Below, one piece after another: positions 27,801 through 42,580 of a stretch of DNA of 64,000 bases. Source of the stretch: the human T2T-CHM13v2.0 reference genome, Homo sapiens; the NCBI RefSeq assembly GCF_009914755.1, contig NC_060945.1; one strand, given 5' to 3'. How positions within the stretch are numbered: the first letter of the stretch is position 1; each line of letters opens with the position of its first letter. Position numbers and translations under genes: made by a program. The notes beneath the pieces were generated by a model. That model was not told the DNA's origin and made no database searches. It saw only the letters and a list, made by a program, of their open reading frames with translations.

Positions 27801-29434
27801 AAAACATGCGCATGTAAAATAGTAAATAAAGCCCATCGTACAGAAGAGATACTGGAAGAGATTTGCTGCATAAGACAAAACTAGAACACAGAGGAAAAGT
27901 TCAGCTCCATATAAGGAATGACTTTAACAATCAGAAGCTAACAAAAAAGTGGCATCCATTTTAATAAATAAGAGCAGTCCCCCCACCCCGCCCCACTCTG
28001 CTCTAGTGGAGACAAGCATGATCTTGAGAAGGTATTTTCTCATTGAACAGGCAGTTGTAGAGTATGAATCCTATGGTCTTTCCACCAGGTTAGATTTCCT
28101 TTATAAGTGAAGGAATAGTAGAAACTCATATTCACCCTTCTTTCCTTTAAGCTATCCCAAGCATAAAAAGTTGCATAGAGAAAAGTTGAACATGAACTCC
28201 ATAGAAAAGAACTGTGTTTAACACACACTGTTGTCATGTTTTTTTGTTCTAATAGAGAATAAACTTGTCTTATGTTCATTGTGTTTTCAGTTAAGGTTTG
28301 TTTGGTTGATTGATTGGTTTATTTGTTTTTTATTATCTATAGATGTATAATCCATGCAAACAACTTAGCATACTTTGCTCTTCCTTCTGAATTCTCTAAC
28401 CCAAATTTGTACTTCAACTAGGAACAGTTGCTCAACAAACATGAACATGTGCTTGCTTATTGTTTGGTGGATAACCTTATTATTCAAAAATTCAATAAAT
28501 ATTTCTATGGATGTCCAAAGTTTCCAGTCAGTTCATATCCATTGAGACATGGCTGGTAGCAAAAACTAGCTTGTCAAACACTTTAGAGAGGGAAAATTAA
28601 TTTTTAAACAAAATCATGAAGCCATAATATTAGTTTAACTGATATTAGGATTCTGGGGTTAAACACACTTTCTGCATTAGTAATCACTCTATTTCACTTT
28701 CTTTCTGTCTGGCCTTTCTTAATTCTCATTACCAGGGGAAAAAACAGTAATTTTGTGAATACTGCGGCATTTGGAATTAAAAATAATTACACAAACAGTT
28801 TTCCAACAGCACAGAGACAGTATCTGAACTGAGACCTTTTTTCTGCATGCATTACTTCCAACATTACTTTGTCTTTCTCTACCATTCAGCAATATAACAC
28901 ATACACACTTTTTTTATGAAGAGAATCAAAACGTTTTCTTTTAAGAAAAGTTATTTTTCTGTTTTTAGAAAAGTTTAAAAAGCCCACTTGAAGGGGGAAA
29001 TTACTAAATTAAATTTGATATGAACAAACATGCCAAATAATAGCATAATTATAATTATTTTCTCCCTTTTGGTACTCATTCTTTAGACTACAGAGTATTT
29101 TTATTCAATTTTTCAATGTAGTACAGAGATAGACCAGACGTTGGGAAATACATAGGGAAAGTAAGTGAAAAGACACATATCTAACAATAAAGGGTAGAGA
29201 GATGGAAGTATGGGTTGGGATATGGTAGAAATCAGGGCAGGAGAAGGCACCATCCCTTCTACAGCCAGAGACTTTGTGGTTCATGGGTAGCCTAGATCAA
29301 GTAACCAGACAGTGAGAGTCTGGTCAGAGCCCAGTGATCCTCTACAGCTCTGAAGATTGGTTAGATGAGTGGCACACTTCAAAGGCTCTAATCCCACTCT
29401 ATCTTAGAGTTCTCTAACTTAAATACATCAGACA

Positions 29435-30875
29435 TTCTCACTACTGGAAAAATGAAGTAGATGTATTTTTCCCCATTCCTCCTGCTCTTCTCCCAACTAC
29501 GAGTTAAAGAAAAGAAAAAAAGACACTAGGACATTATATAAAAAACAGACATAAGAAGACTTTGAAATGTGGAAAGAAGAATGCAGGCTGCCTAGGGACC
29601 TCGGGACCCAAGGAAAGACATAGTAGTGAGTTTTCTAGGCTTCTGTTTCTTTGGGTTTTCTATGCCTCATCTATCCCAAGTCAACAATCCAGAAATACCA
29701 ATATGTATGGGCAAAAAAAAAAAAAAAAGCCCAAAGAAAGCTTGCTCTTATTATCCAAAAAAGAGCATCCCGGAAAGATAGAAAATTTTTAGAAAATAAG
29801 CATTCTACTCTAGCCAGGCACTATAGAAAATAACTGTATGCTCCCAAACAAAGGCCAAGTTGGGCACCTTTGCTAACTCTAATGAGGCACCCCAAGCCTC
29901 CCACCAGAGTGATATCAAAGAAAGCCCAGATGGAAGCAGAGGTTTTTATGATGCCAGGCAATGAGAAGACCTCACCTTCATCCCTGAGGTGTTGGCAGGG
30001 AGGCTGGACTTCCAGCCTCACTCCTCAAGTCCCCACTAGCTTATCAACAGAGGAGGTCCAGAGGAAACTTAGAACAAGCTCAGTGGTAAAAAGGACATCC
30101 TTGTCTCATAGTGACAGTGGAGCCACTCCTGCCTCTCCATGCCAGGGTGATGTCACAGAGAACCAGGGAAAAGCCTGAAGTCTCCTGCCCATTCAGCAGT
30201 AATAAGAATTGCCTATCTTCAGGAGTCAACAGAGGCTGACTTGGGAACTGGGACTTCAATACTTGTAGCCCCACCTGGAAATAAGGAGACAGTGCCCCTT
30301 TCACCCACCAAAGCATTACCAGAAGAAGACTGTTATACCAGATCAATAAGATCCAGAGTCTGATAATACCCTAAATGTCCAGGTTTCTATCAAAAATCTC
30401 TTATACTAGGAACTGGGAAAATCTCAACATAAATGAGAAAAGATAATCAACAAACACCAACACCAAAATGACACAAAGGCCAGGAATATCTAACAATAAT
30501 TTTAAAACAGCAATTATAAAAAAGCTTCAATAAACACTTATGAATGTGTTTGAGACAAACGAAAAACAGAAAGTCTCAGTGAAGAGATAGAAGATATAAA
30601 GAAGACCCAAATGGAAATTTTATAATTGAAAAATACTATACCTTAAAAAAATTAATGGATAGTCTCAACAGCAGAATGGAGAGGAAAAAAGGATCAGTGA
30701 AGTTGTAGAATAGGACTTTTCCAATTTGAACAACAAAGAGCAAATCGACTGGGAAAAAACTGAACAGAGCCTCAGGGACCTATGGGACAATCACCAAATA
30801 TCTAATATCTGTGTCACTGATTAGTCTCAGAAAGGAGGGAGAAAGAGATTGGGTCTAGGAAAAGTATTCAGAGAG
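29435..30875 (+). mobile_element. Old L1M (L1MC/MD-type) 5' UTR and ORF1 remnant
   Basis: ORF1-like ccaaatggaaatttta...ctcaacagcagaatggag...gaacagagcctcagggacctatgggac. Confidence 0.7.
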
Positions 30876-30931
30876 AGTCTGAAGATCTCAGCAATACTAG
30901 CTCCCTGCATTTCCCACCCCACACATCCTCA

Positions 30932-31333
<402 letters not shown>

Positions 31334-32915
31334 AGATTTTGATAAAGTGTGTATGAGTTTAAAACTCCTTTTCTGACCCTAAAAATTTCCCAGTTCACTT
31401 TCTTTTATTCTGGTCCCTGACCATGATGCAAACCTGAGAAATCCACCAGAGACATAAAGTGGAGCTGTCAGTAGGACTGCACCCCAAATCAGGCAGTCTA
31501 GGCTGTGTTTGACTGTGGAGGAGAGGGAGGCAGGTGGGGCCACTCTGACCCGCAGATTTTATGTCCCGAGAAGGAGCAAAGAACTCTGCCACCATCCTGC
31601 TTCCTCTAACAAAGCCCCTGACAGAGCAGTCATGAGTAATGCTTCGACCTGGAGACCACCTAAGAATTTTATCTTTAAACAGTTAAAGAAGAGCTGTGAT
31701 TTTCAAAGTTTCTGCCAATCCTTATATTGTTAAATGTGCATTGCCAACCCGCAGTTTGTTTGAGAGAACATTTTATTGGGACTTTTTGTTACAAAAGGCA
31801 ATGTCTAGGGCAGAGTCTGGAATGAGAAGGTTGACACAAAGGAAGCTAAATAGCTAAATTGTTCCATTTAACAAATGATCGGTAAGTTCCACATGCAGTA
31901 ATAATGTGTGTTGTAAAAAGGTTTTGTCTGAAATGGGTGGGAGGTGAATTTAAGGACTTGAAGAAAAGGGGGAAAAGACTGTGGCACAAGAGAGCAGACC
32001 CACAAAAATAGTAGCAGGCCAGGAGCCAAAAAAAAAAAAAAGCATAAAAAATATCAGTCCCCTAAAGCAGAAATGGCTAATGAACTTAGGAAAGGTGATT
32101 CACTTATTCTATTTGAGGTCGTTTCCTTATTTGTGCTACATGACCAAACCTTCAGGTAAAGTAAATTCTCTGTTACAGCCCTGAGTTAATGATACAGAAG
32201 GTTTTGAAGGAAAGGTACTCCTTTCTGGCTTGGAATGAATTGGTATAGGCAGGAGACAGGTACCAGGAGGATAATAGCTCCAGAGCTAAAGAAAGTGATA
32301 TAGGAAATGGATACTAGGAAGTTTGTCAAATGGGAGAATATATAAGCCAAGAGCATCTTGTACCCACTTCTTTTCACTCATTGACTCAGGGAAATACGAG
32401 AAAGGGTATTAGTCAACTGCATCACTTATTGAATTTGTGGAAGAAGGGCTCATTTATTGAATTTGTATTTGAAAGGACAGCGTAACCTCAGAAGGCTGAA
32501 TGACTTGGAGCTACTTGGCTCACAAATTTCTTCTTCCTGAATATTTTTGAAATCTTGCAACTTACAGTACTTACCATTGAGCATCCCAAAGATTTCCAAG
32601 TAGATGTGGGGAACCTTGTCCCTTAGGGTATGGCATGAGTTTGTGCATGTGTTCTGCTCAGGGTTCCCTGTCAACAAATGAGACAAATACAAAAATTACA
32701 TAAATCTTGCCTAGTAAATAGAGGGAAGATATTCTAAGACAATGACAATTAAAAAAAAAATAGTCCGTCAAGTTGTCCTTGGCTGGACCTAACCATCAAT
32801 GAGAAAATGCATGCACAGGCTGGGAGGAAAATCATATTACGTGTTATGTGGAAACAAAACAGAAAAGTACTGGCCTTATTAGGTTACCACTTAAGAACCC
32901 TGCCGCTTAGGCTGG

Positions 32916-33391
32916 TGTCTTGGTTTGAGTCTTCCCCATAGCAGAGCCTAAGACAAGGACTTAGACTTGGGGGCAAGTGGTTTATTTGGAAGGAGATATC
33001 AGGAAGCTGAAATAAATGAGCAGAAGAGTGAGAAGAAGGAAAGGAAACATAAGGCTGTGTTATAAATGTGGGTTTTTTCTGCCGGGCCCTCTGAGAAGCA
33101 AACCAAACGCCCTGCAGTCATCCCCTTCCACCTCTCCCACTTCTGGCCAAAGACAAGAGGCTGAAAATTTTCTCCAACAGCTTCCCATTGTCCTTGGTTA
33201 ATGATTGCCCAAGGACAAAAATCCCTGCCTCTTCCAGTGTCCTCTTTCCTGAGCCAAATCCCAGGAAAACAGGAGATAGCTGCCAGCAAGAGATGAGTCT
33301 CTGAACTCTGAGAGATTGTCCACTGACACAGTGGCTGAAATCAGTAAGGGGCCGAGAGGAAGAGATGCAAAGTACCAAAAGCATCTGCCAC
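32916..33391 (-). mobile_element. ERVL LTR (LTR16-like)
   Basis: tgtcttggtttgagtcttcccc...gcagagcctaagacaagga...gcaagtggtttatttgg. Confidence 0.55.
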
Positions 33392-33885
33392 TGCTCAGCG
33401 TTGAAAGTGGCCATACAAGTTCACATGGTGTCCTTGTTTTCAGTTCCTATGTACTTGTAAGTGGCAGCCACAGAGTAGAATTCAGACTTCCTGTCTCCAG
33501 AGAAGTGAAGCTTTTCTTCTTCATCATGCCTCCTGCCAAGAATTCAACCTTCAGCAAATCAACTCATCCACTTTTCAATTGCATCATGATGAGTAGGGTT
33601 GAAAGATAATATCTGTCACCACCCTCAAGAAGTGTGTAATTCACTGATAGAAACAGACATATAAAGAGATCGATTTTAATAGCATAGTGAGGATGAGAGA
33701 GGTACATACACAGACACAAGGCACTAGAAAAAGGCAGAGATGGCTCCCTGAGCCCAGCCTAGAAAGTGGAACACAAATGCCTGAAGGGGGCGTTACAGGT
33801 GCATAGAAGAACATGAAAAAGACCGTAGTAAAAAGCAAACCACCATGCTGTGTGCTTCTGTTTTTCTCGTTTGTTTCTTCCAACT

Positions 33886-34100
33886 GTTTTTGAATTGACA
33901 AATAAAAATTTTATATATTTATGGTGTACAACGTGGTTTAATTTTATGTGTACATTGTGGAATGGCTAAATCAAACAAATTAACATATGCATTACCTCAC
34001 ACTCAGTAATTTTCAAGTATACAGTATATTGTTATTAATTATAGTCATCATGATATATAATAGATCTCTTGAACTTATTCTTCCTGTCTAACTGAAATGT
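33886..34100 (-). mobile_element. L1MA 3' end
   Basis: attgacaaataaaaatt...aatagatctcttgaacttattcttcctgtctaactgaaa. Confidence 0.85.
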
Positions 34101-37100
34101 TCCTCCAACTTTTGGAACTGATGATAGCTTTTTCTTCACAGTTTTTAGGTGTAATAACTTTCACGTTTCATCCCATGAAGACAGGCTATTTCTGTCTTTC
34201 TTATTTCTCTACTCCCACTACAAACTTAAGAGACTCTCCATATTTGGTAAATGATTTAAAGAATGAAGGAAGGAGTGATTTTTATAATCTCTTTAAATTC
34301 TATAACCTACAAGAATATTAGGATCATTTCTTATTAGAAAAGACAGATTCATCAATTGGTGGCAAACATGAAACCCAGGAGGTTTCACACTGTATCTCTA
34401 AGACACTTAATATTTATCTTCCCTGAAACCATAGGGAATTGATGTTCCAGAAAAAAAATCATTTTACGTGTGTTTTTGTCATCTAAAAAGTATGTTTTGA
34501 GTAGTTTATTAGAATTATTTGGATATTTATGAATATTAAGGCTTTATTCATCACAAACAATACGGAAATAAGGGGAAATATGAGAGTCCCTTTGCTTCTC
34601 TCTAAGTTTTTAGCCTCTTCTTGAATATGTGCCCATGGTGCCTGGTGCCTGCAAGTGTTTTTTGTGAAGGTGGGTGGTTTTGATGCCCTGCTCATGGCAT
34701 TGGCCGTTAATTGAACCTGACCTTGGCAAGTACTGTCGACAGTAACAGTAGCTTGTCTACATTCCCAATTCAACAACAGCCATGTGCTTTAAGGTTATGT
34801 TTTTTATTTTTACTTTTAATTTTGTATACTTTGGTAGCATTCAATTTATATGTCTGAATTATTTTTTAATTTAAATATAAACTAGTATATCAGTTACTTA
34901 TCCAAAGGAATAATTCTTGGTCTATTTTTAAAGCATTTTTGTTGAATTTGTGATAGATTGGTTCAGACACATCTATAGTTAAGAGGCTTTGGTTTAGTTC
35001 TGAATTACAGCAGGAAGTTGCAAAATACTATATAAGCTCAGGAAAGTAGTCTATTTTCATGGAGCAAATTTCAGCTAGCCAATTTTTCTAGAACAGTCAA
35101 CTTGAAGATTTCATCCTTTCCACAAAAACTAATTGATTATCTACTATGGGTCAAACATTGTGCTACATGTTTATTCCAAATATCAATAGGTTCAAAATTA
35201 AATTTGCTATTTATATTATATTGGAAAACATTTTGAAGCTTCATAATGTATGCTAGGTCTATAAATATACTAGAATGAAGGACAGCAATCAGTCAGCATG
35301 AAACCATTCTTTTTGTATTCTACAGCTAACTGAACAAGGAAGGAAGAAAAGTGATGTCTGAGTTTGCTAATATGTTACATATCTATGAGCACCAGAAATG
35401 AGGTCTAATAGTTAACAATTTATAAATCAAAGAAAGATTTATCCTGGGAAATTGATTTCTATTTGAACACGAATGTATTAATAAAAATTCTGATATAAGT
35501 AGAATAGTTTCATATTTACCAGTATCTTGGCATGGTCCCTTTAACCACTCTATTTTTGATTATTTAAATTAAAATGATAAAGAGAAAGGGAAAAGAGATA
35601 GAATATTAAGAAAATTACCACTGGAATAAAGACGTTTGAATAGATTTAATTTAAATGACTTTAAACCATTTTAGAGAATTATTCTGGTCTGATTCATTAA
35701 TCTAATATTATTATAAATGATTACATTAATTTTATTAAATCCTTTTTATCAACAATGTGATCAACTTGGTAGATAGATGAAGAAAAACACAAAAATCAAA
35801 TCTAACTAAGTTCAAAGTTGTGACCAGAACCTAGTCATGTCAGTTATTTATAATCATAGAGTTTGAGCTTAGGAAATAAAAATATAGTTATGACCTTTAA
35901 AAATTGTTATGGAAAATATCCTATCTCACCAATTTCTCTCTTCTTAGTATTCCCTTATAGCCATTTTTTTCTACTTTGCATTATTTTAAGCTTTTATGTT
36001 TTAAGTATAGATGAGCTTTTTTATTTACCAAAAACTCTCCTTTCTGCCTCAAACACCTTTTTCTCTGTGTCTCTTTCTCTCGTTCACTTTTACATACACA
36101 CATACCACACATGCAGTCTTCTTATTTTCGGTCCTATAATCAATGAACCGTGAAACATTTGTTCTTTGTCGCTTCCCTTTTTCACTTTTTAGAAAAGGAA
36201 TATTATATCTGTTTCTACATAAGAAAGTCAGTGGAAATTTGAAGTAAACTTCTAGATGACTATCCATAGTATACAGTTTTTTAATATCAAGAAAACCAAA
36301 GCACATGTCAATTTTATGCCCCTAATTATTCAAAGTTTGCCTTCACTATACTTATTCCAAATGATAATTGTGAAGAAAAAGCAGCATTTGTAGCCTTTCT
36401 TCTCAATGATATTGAACATACCTTTTATCGTGGAGCTGCTGGAGAAAAACAGTAGAATTCTCCTGTTGTTGAATCAAAATCAAATTCCATTTTCCAGAGA
36501 TTGTTTCATATTTGTTCCTAAAATAATAATGACAGCTCCTCACATCCAAATAACATGCAGAAAAATATATACATGCAATTGCCAGGAAGAACTAAAAATT
36601 TTTTCAAAACCTTTCTGGGTTCTCTAATTTCTATTTAGAAAGTCACTGAAGTGGCAAGACTTCAAATAAGGAAATTCCCCACTGATTGTAAGTTTTGTAA
36701 CTTATACTGGATCAGAGAAGCCTGAAGAAGCTGGGATCCCTGGGGACGCACCCTAGGAGGTTATCTCTTCTGCAGTAGTGACTTTCCTCTCTACATAGAG
36801 AATGTTCTATAGGACTGACAAGCCCCTATGAAAATAACTTGGATTTTAGATATCATAAAAAAGTGCGATGCAAATCCTCTTCCCTTCTATTCTTTCTATT
36901 CCTAGCTTCATGGAATCAACCTATTTCCAATCATTTTTCTCTACAATCTTGTAACTTTAACTATAAAAGGAGACACCATCCCATTGTTTATTTTGTGTTT
37001 ATTTAGAAACTTCTATGATTTCTAATTATTTACAAGGAAAAGGAATCACTCTTTTAAAATATGCAGAGTGTAAACATAAAGGACAATAAGAGAGAGAAAG

Positions 37101-37734
37101 GAGACACAATATCAAGAAACGCACAGCTGGAATAAAAATATCTTGAAAAGAATGAACCTGTCTATAATTATGCCCACTTCTTCTGTAGTTATTTAAAGAT
37201 TACCCCATGAATTGAAAGAGGAAGCTTAGGTGATTCATTACAGTAAGAAAAAGAATAAAAAAACAGAGTTATGCTAACTTTCTTTTGGGTCTCCCACCTT
37301 CTACATCTCAACTACTACCTAAATGTATATCACAGCATCATTAGCCTGGTCTTGTAATTCACAGTGGCCATCTTCCCCCACTCCGGGAGGACTTGATCTA
37401 TTTAAAATGGGCTTCAGCCTTTCCAAGTTCTACCTCTTTTTACTGAATTCCTTGGTGTTTCCAGTATAGAGACAACAGAGGAAATACAATGGGTTCAAAA
37501 GCCAGATACATATTTTCCCAACTGTAACTTCCATGAATCCCACAATCCCCAAAGTATAAAACCCACATTCACACCTTGTGATTCTTGCAAGTGACTCCCA
37601 TCTGGGAATAAGGTGTGGGTAAAGATGAATGAGAAGAACTTAGCAAGAGTCAGGGCTGTAACTTCACTTGCTTTAGAGGCAATGCCAATCATTGGTATCT
37701 GGTCACATATTTGGTATTTAATACACTTATTTTT

Positions 37735-38196
37735 GTTTTTTGGTTTTGGGGTTTTTTATGATTAATTCATTTTATTTTATTTTTTTAATTTGTCAATTTT
37801 TTATTTAAATAGGTTTTTGGGGAACATGGGGTGTTTGGTTACGTGAATAAGTTCTTTAATGGTGATTTCCAAGATTTTGGTGCACCCATCACCCAAGCAG
37901 GGTACACTGTACCCAACATGTAGTCATTTATCCCTTGCCATCCCCTACCTTCTCCCCTAAGTCCCCAAAGTCCAATGTATCATTCTTATGCCTTTGCATC
38001 CTTATAGTTTAGCTCCCACATATTAGTGAAAACAACGATGTTTGGTTTTCCATTCCTGAGTTACTTTACTTAGAATAATAGTCTCCAGTTCCATCCAGGC
38101 TACTTTAAATGCTATTATTTCATTCCTTTTAATTGCTGAGTAGTATTCCATGGTATATCATTCAGGCTGGTTCCAAATTTTTACAATTGCAAATTG
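37735..38196 (-). mobile_element. L1PB1-like truncated insertion
   Basis: aataggtttttggggaac...aagtccccaaagtcc; TSD taatacac(t/a)tattttt at 37719-37734 and 38197-38212. Confidence 0.9.
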
Positions 38197-39679
38197 TAAT
38201 ACACATATTTTTGATAGAATAAAGAAGTGAAGAAATGAAAGTACAGTAGCAACACATCAAATAAAACAGATACCTGGAGGCATAAATATGGCATCTTGGA
38301 GACACATTTTTTTTTGGATAGACTAAGATAAAACATTGATGCTGTTGACTTGTCTCAGCTGTAAGTCAGCCACATCTGGCCCTCATCTCTCTCTTGGCAA
38401 AATTTCTGCTAAACTTTATTAGTTTTCAACTTTTCTCTTGTTAATGACTTCAAATTTTTCTCATTATTAAATAATTTAGTATAGTGTCTGATCAAAATCC
38501 TTCTTTGAATTGTGATAGAGAAATCAAAGTGAAAAAATAAAAGTCATTTGCAAAATCACTGTGGTGACTCAGCTGTCGAAAATAATTCAAACTGGACTTT
38601 CGATATACTAACATATAGCCCCAAATAGTATCAAAATTATTATTTGACCACCGGAAGAGGCCTACTAAGTATCCCTATCCATAATAGAATTTAAGTCATT
38701 TCTTAACCAGAAAATACACAAAACAAGTCTATGTACTGAAATTGACCTGTATACTAAGTAGGAATAAGGAAATTTAGTCCTTTTGTTCAAATCTATGAAA
38801 AATTGCTTCCTTTTTGGGCGGATCTGTTCCAAAAAGTGTTTTGTTTGACTTTACCAAATCTACCATTTGTTTGAGATTTAGTCTGGATCTTTTCAAATGA
38901 AAAACATGAAAGTTTAAGAAAGCTTTGCTCAATACCACACAAAGCAAAATATTTCTTCAACATAGAATTTACTACTCAAGCATTTTTTTTCTAGTTAACT
39001 GCACAAATCAGATTTACTGGATTTTAATGAAAGTAATTATATTAAGAATTAACAACATTCTTCAAATTGTGGCTCATAAAATGTTTGCTAAATACCCCAT
39101 TTAATACTTCCATTGAAAATTTCCTATTCATTTCTTAACCAGAGTTACGGAGAAACACATTAAATTATATTAAGTTCAAGTGCCAAGTAATTAACAAAAA
39201 AAAAAATTTGTTTAGTATGTCTGTTTTATATGACCCTCAATATTTAATCATTTAAATCTCACTTCTAATTATGTCTATTAATATTATTAAACAAACTTTA
39301 GCCTGACAATAAATACAAATTCCCAAGTAAGTATTAGACCACTCTAGGGTATAATAGTATTTCTAATCTGATGTTTACCTATGTTTTGTTTTTCATCTAC
39401 AACACTGACTTTTTTTTTAAGTGGACACAGTAGTTGATTGTGAAGTATTTGAATGTCACACAAGAAATATAAATGTGGGTGCTGACCTCAAAGCACACAG
39501 AAGCTAGGGATGATAGGGTTTTCACATAGTTTAAGGCAGATTCTAATCTGAATGGTACAGCCAAAAAATAATTTTTTTAAGGGTAGAAGTCTTTGTTGAC
39601 TGAAAAATAGTTAAGCTCAAAAAAAGGGTGAAAGTCGACCTTATCTACTGAAGACAATGAGACAATGACAGGAATTCTA

Positions 39680-40330
39680 GGGGTCCCATATTTGCAGATA
39701 CGGAGGTTGGGTACGAGTTAAAAGGTCACAACACAGATGTAGATGTGATGCTTTTCATCATCAAAAGCATGGTAAAAACTCTAAGTAGATAAAACTCTGT
39801 GAAGGGATTGGTGTAAAAAGGAGAAGAGAAAGCTAAGGACCAATCCTTGAGACACTCCAATGACTGTGATGTAGGAGGGAAAAGCGGGACCCGTGAAGAA
39901 AAGATTGAAGATGTTGTGGTGACACATAATAGAAGAGCAAGAAGTTTTTCAAAGACGAGGTTCTCAAGAAAATCACATGCAGCTGAATGACCCAAGAGGT
40001 GGAAGATTTTAAAAGGCCATTTATTTTCACTAGCAATATGTCACCAATGAGCCATTTCAGGAGTCTATGTTCCAGTAGGCTAAGATTCAATTTCAAAGTT
40101 TACAAATAAAATGAAATGAAAAAAATGAGAGTAAGCATAGACTACTCATTATAAGAGTTGATCATGAAAAGAAATAAATTTTAAGTTTATTAAATAGGTA
40201 TCAATATCCAAAGAAAAACGTTGATTTCTTTAAGGCAAGTGATCCCTGGGCATGACTGGTAACAAGAAAGAATTTAAAAAGGAAAGACTGAGGACCCTAA
40301 GAAGAGTGGAGTGTGGCAAGGTGTGGGAGC
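39680..40330 (-). mobile_element. L2 fragment
   Basis: gagaagagaaagctaaggacc...gacactcca...cacatgcagctga resembles reverse L2 ORF2. Confidence 0.55.
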
Positions 40331-40404
40331 AATGTCTGAAAAGCCACAATCAAGGATGTGTCCCAAAGCAGAGAAGAAAGGTTGACTTTTAAAATTAGAA
40401 TAAA

Positions 40405-40635
40405 AGTAATACTGGTTAACATTTATTGAGCAGTGATTATTTGCACAGAACTGTTTAAATGCTGAATGTACATTATCTCCTTAACTACTTATGAAAACCT
40501 TACAAGGTAGATATCATCATTCCCACTTCCCCTACAAAGAAAGTGAAACCAAAATAAATTAATTCCCCATGATGTCCTAGAAAGTGTGAGGTGGTGTCCA
40601 AACACAGACCTATCTGACTCAAGCTCATGCACTGA
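40405..40635 (-). mobile_element. MIR
   Basis: aacatttattgagca...aaggtagatatcatcattcccac...tctgactc. Confidence 0.75.
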
Positions 40636-41149
40636 AAATTTCTGTTTCTGATTCATTGCTCAGTGTCACAAGGTGTAAGAACACAATTCTAACTTTGTTT
40701 GAGTGGTAGAAGTTATGTTCTTAAAGCTAATATACTAACATATAATTTGAACACTCACAGCTTCTGAAACTGAAAATACACATTCTTCATCCAATGTTTG
40801 CTGTATAGTGTATGCTCAGAGGGGACTCTGAAAGTGGAAAGGGATAAATTCTTACTCCTAGGGCAATTCCTTCTAATGAGGAGAAATCCCTTGATTTCCT
40901 TGGGTGGGGTACACAAACAGAGAAAGATATTAAATAAGGCTTATTTTTATAATTTTATTTCAAGGAGAAAAAAAAATCTCTTCTACTATGCCACCTCTTT
41001 TGTGAATATTGGAGTGGTGTATAAACCCTGAACTTACGCCTCTCTCCTGAGCCAACTCTAACCACACTAAGCCCTATCACCATGAGGAGGTGATAGGGCT
41101 TTTTTAAATAACTTTTTGAGGAACAAAAGTTATTAAACTGAAGAGAAAT

Positions 41150-42310
41150 GTTATCTCAATCATCATTCTGGTGCTAAATCCAAAAGATTCTTTTCAGACT
41201 TTTTCACTTCTCTGTAGAATATGAAGCTGCTCCTCATCCCTTCTAGTCGTTCTCACCTCCCTTTGTTTTATTGACTATAGTCATTTAATAAATCTACATG
41301 CTTTTCACATACTTTTCACAGGCTCCTCTCCTCTACCCACCCTCTAAATGTTGGAGCTTCTTTGCTCATCTTCTCCTTTCTGTTTCTTCACACTGTCCCT
41401 AAAAGGTCTCTTCCTCTCTACTGACTTGAACTACCACCTCTATGCTGATGAGTTCCAGAAGCATATCTTTAGCTTGGACCTCTCTGCAGAGCTCCAGATA
41501 CATATGTACTATCCTAAACCTCCCTCTCTGGGTGTCCTGTAGAGGTACCCCATCATTTTCACAATAAACTGTTCCTCCTGTATAGCCATTCGTTTGATCA
41601 AACACTCAGTCGAGACAGAAAATTAGTTATTACCTTTGAGGGTGTTTTCTTCTTTATTCATCTCCTCTTCACATTCAATTCAACCAGTAAATTCAGTAAA
41701 TTCTGTTCTAAGTATTCCTCAAATCTTCTCTTCCTCTTCATCCTAATGATCACTGTCTTATTTCAGGAGTCATCTTTTCTTGCATGGACCAGTTTTTAAC
41801 AGAAAACTCTGGTGTCCCTGCCTCCAGTCTTGGTCACTTCCAAATCTGATCTGCACATGGCCTCCAAAGTGATATTTCTAAAATTCAGATTTAATCATAT
41901 TACTCGTATTCATAAAATCATCAACATCTTCCCATTGATTTATAGAAAAATTCAATCTGTTAAGGGTGCTATAAATGATGCCATACAAGGCTCCTACCCT
42001 TTACTCTCATCCTCAATCACTCCCGTATTTTCACTCTAGGTCCCAACTTTACAAAAATGATGTGTTGTTTCCAGAATGTGCACACTCCCTGCCCAATGAC
42101 TGAAATATGGCTGCCCTCCATCACTGTGGGTTGCCTGTTACTCCCCCACCACAATTACCTTCTCCAGAATGCCTTGTCTCATCCTGTCAACCCAGCTTAT
42201 GTGCCTTCTCTATAGCCTCTTAGAGTCTATACTTTCTTTCATTGTAACCTGCTCGGTTTATTACTAACAGGTTTACCAGTATCATTAGAATCTCAGTCAC
42301 TTAAAGGTAA
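41150..42310 (+). mobile_element. L2 (RT remnant to 3' end)
   Basis: taccacctctatgctgatgag encodes a YADD-like motif (HLYADE); downstream L2 3' motifs. Confidence 0.75.
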
Positions 42311-42324
42311 ATAATGGTATCTGG

Positions 42325-42580
42325 AAGCAGTAGAATATATTAATTAAGAGAAGCAGATTTGGAACAAAATAAACGTGGATTTGACTCCCGAAACATCCAC
42401 TTACTTAATAATTGTTTATGTGCAGAGGGGGCCAGGTAGGTTCATGTCTCTGAACTCTAGCCTCTGTATCTATAAAATATACCCGATCATACCTTCTTCT
42501 GAGTGTTTTTTTTTTTTTAGGATTAAAATGAAATAGTACATAGTAAGACCTTGACATAGTACTTGAAGCATGTTAAAATG
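42325..42580 (+). mobile_element. MIR
   Basis: taagagaagcagatttgga...ggatttgactccc...ggattaaaatgaaata. Confidence 0.6.

Noticed and set aside
36670-36680. Perfect NF-kB motif GGAAATTCCCC
   Set aside because: Single motif with no supporting context visible in the sequence.
41069-41105. Rho-independent terminator reading of the hairpin plus T-run
   Set aside because: The DNA is clearly primate nuclear sequence, so bacterial terminator, CRISPR or operon interpretations do not apply.
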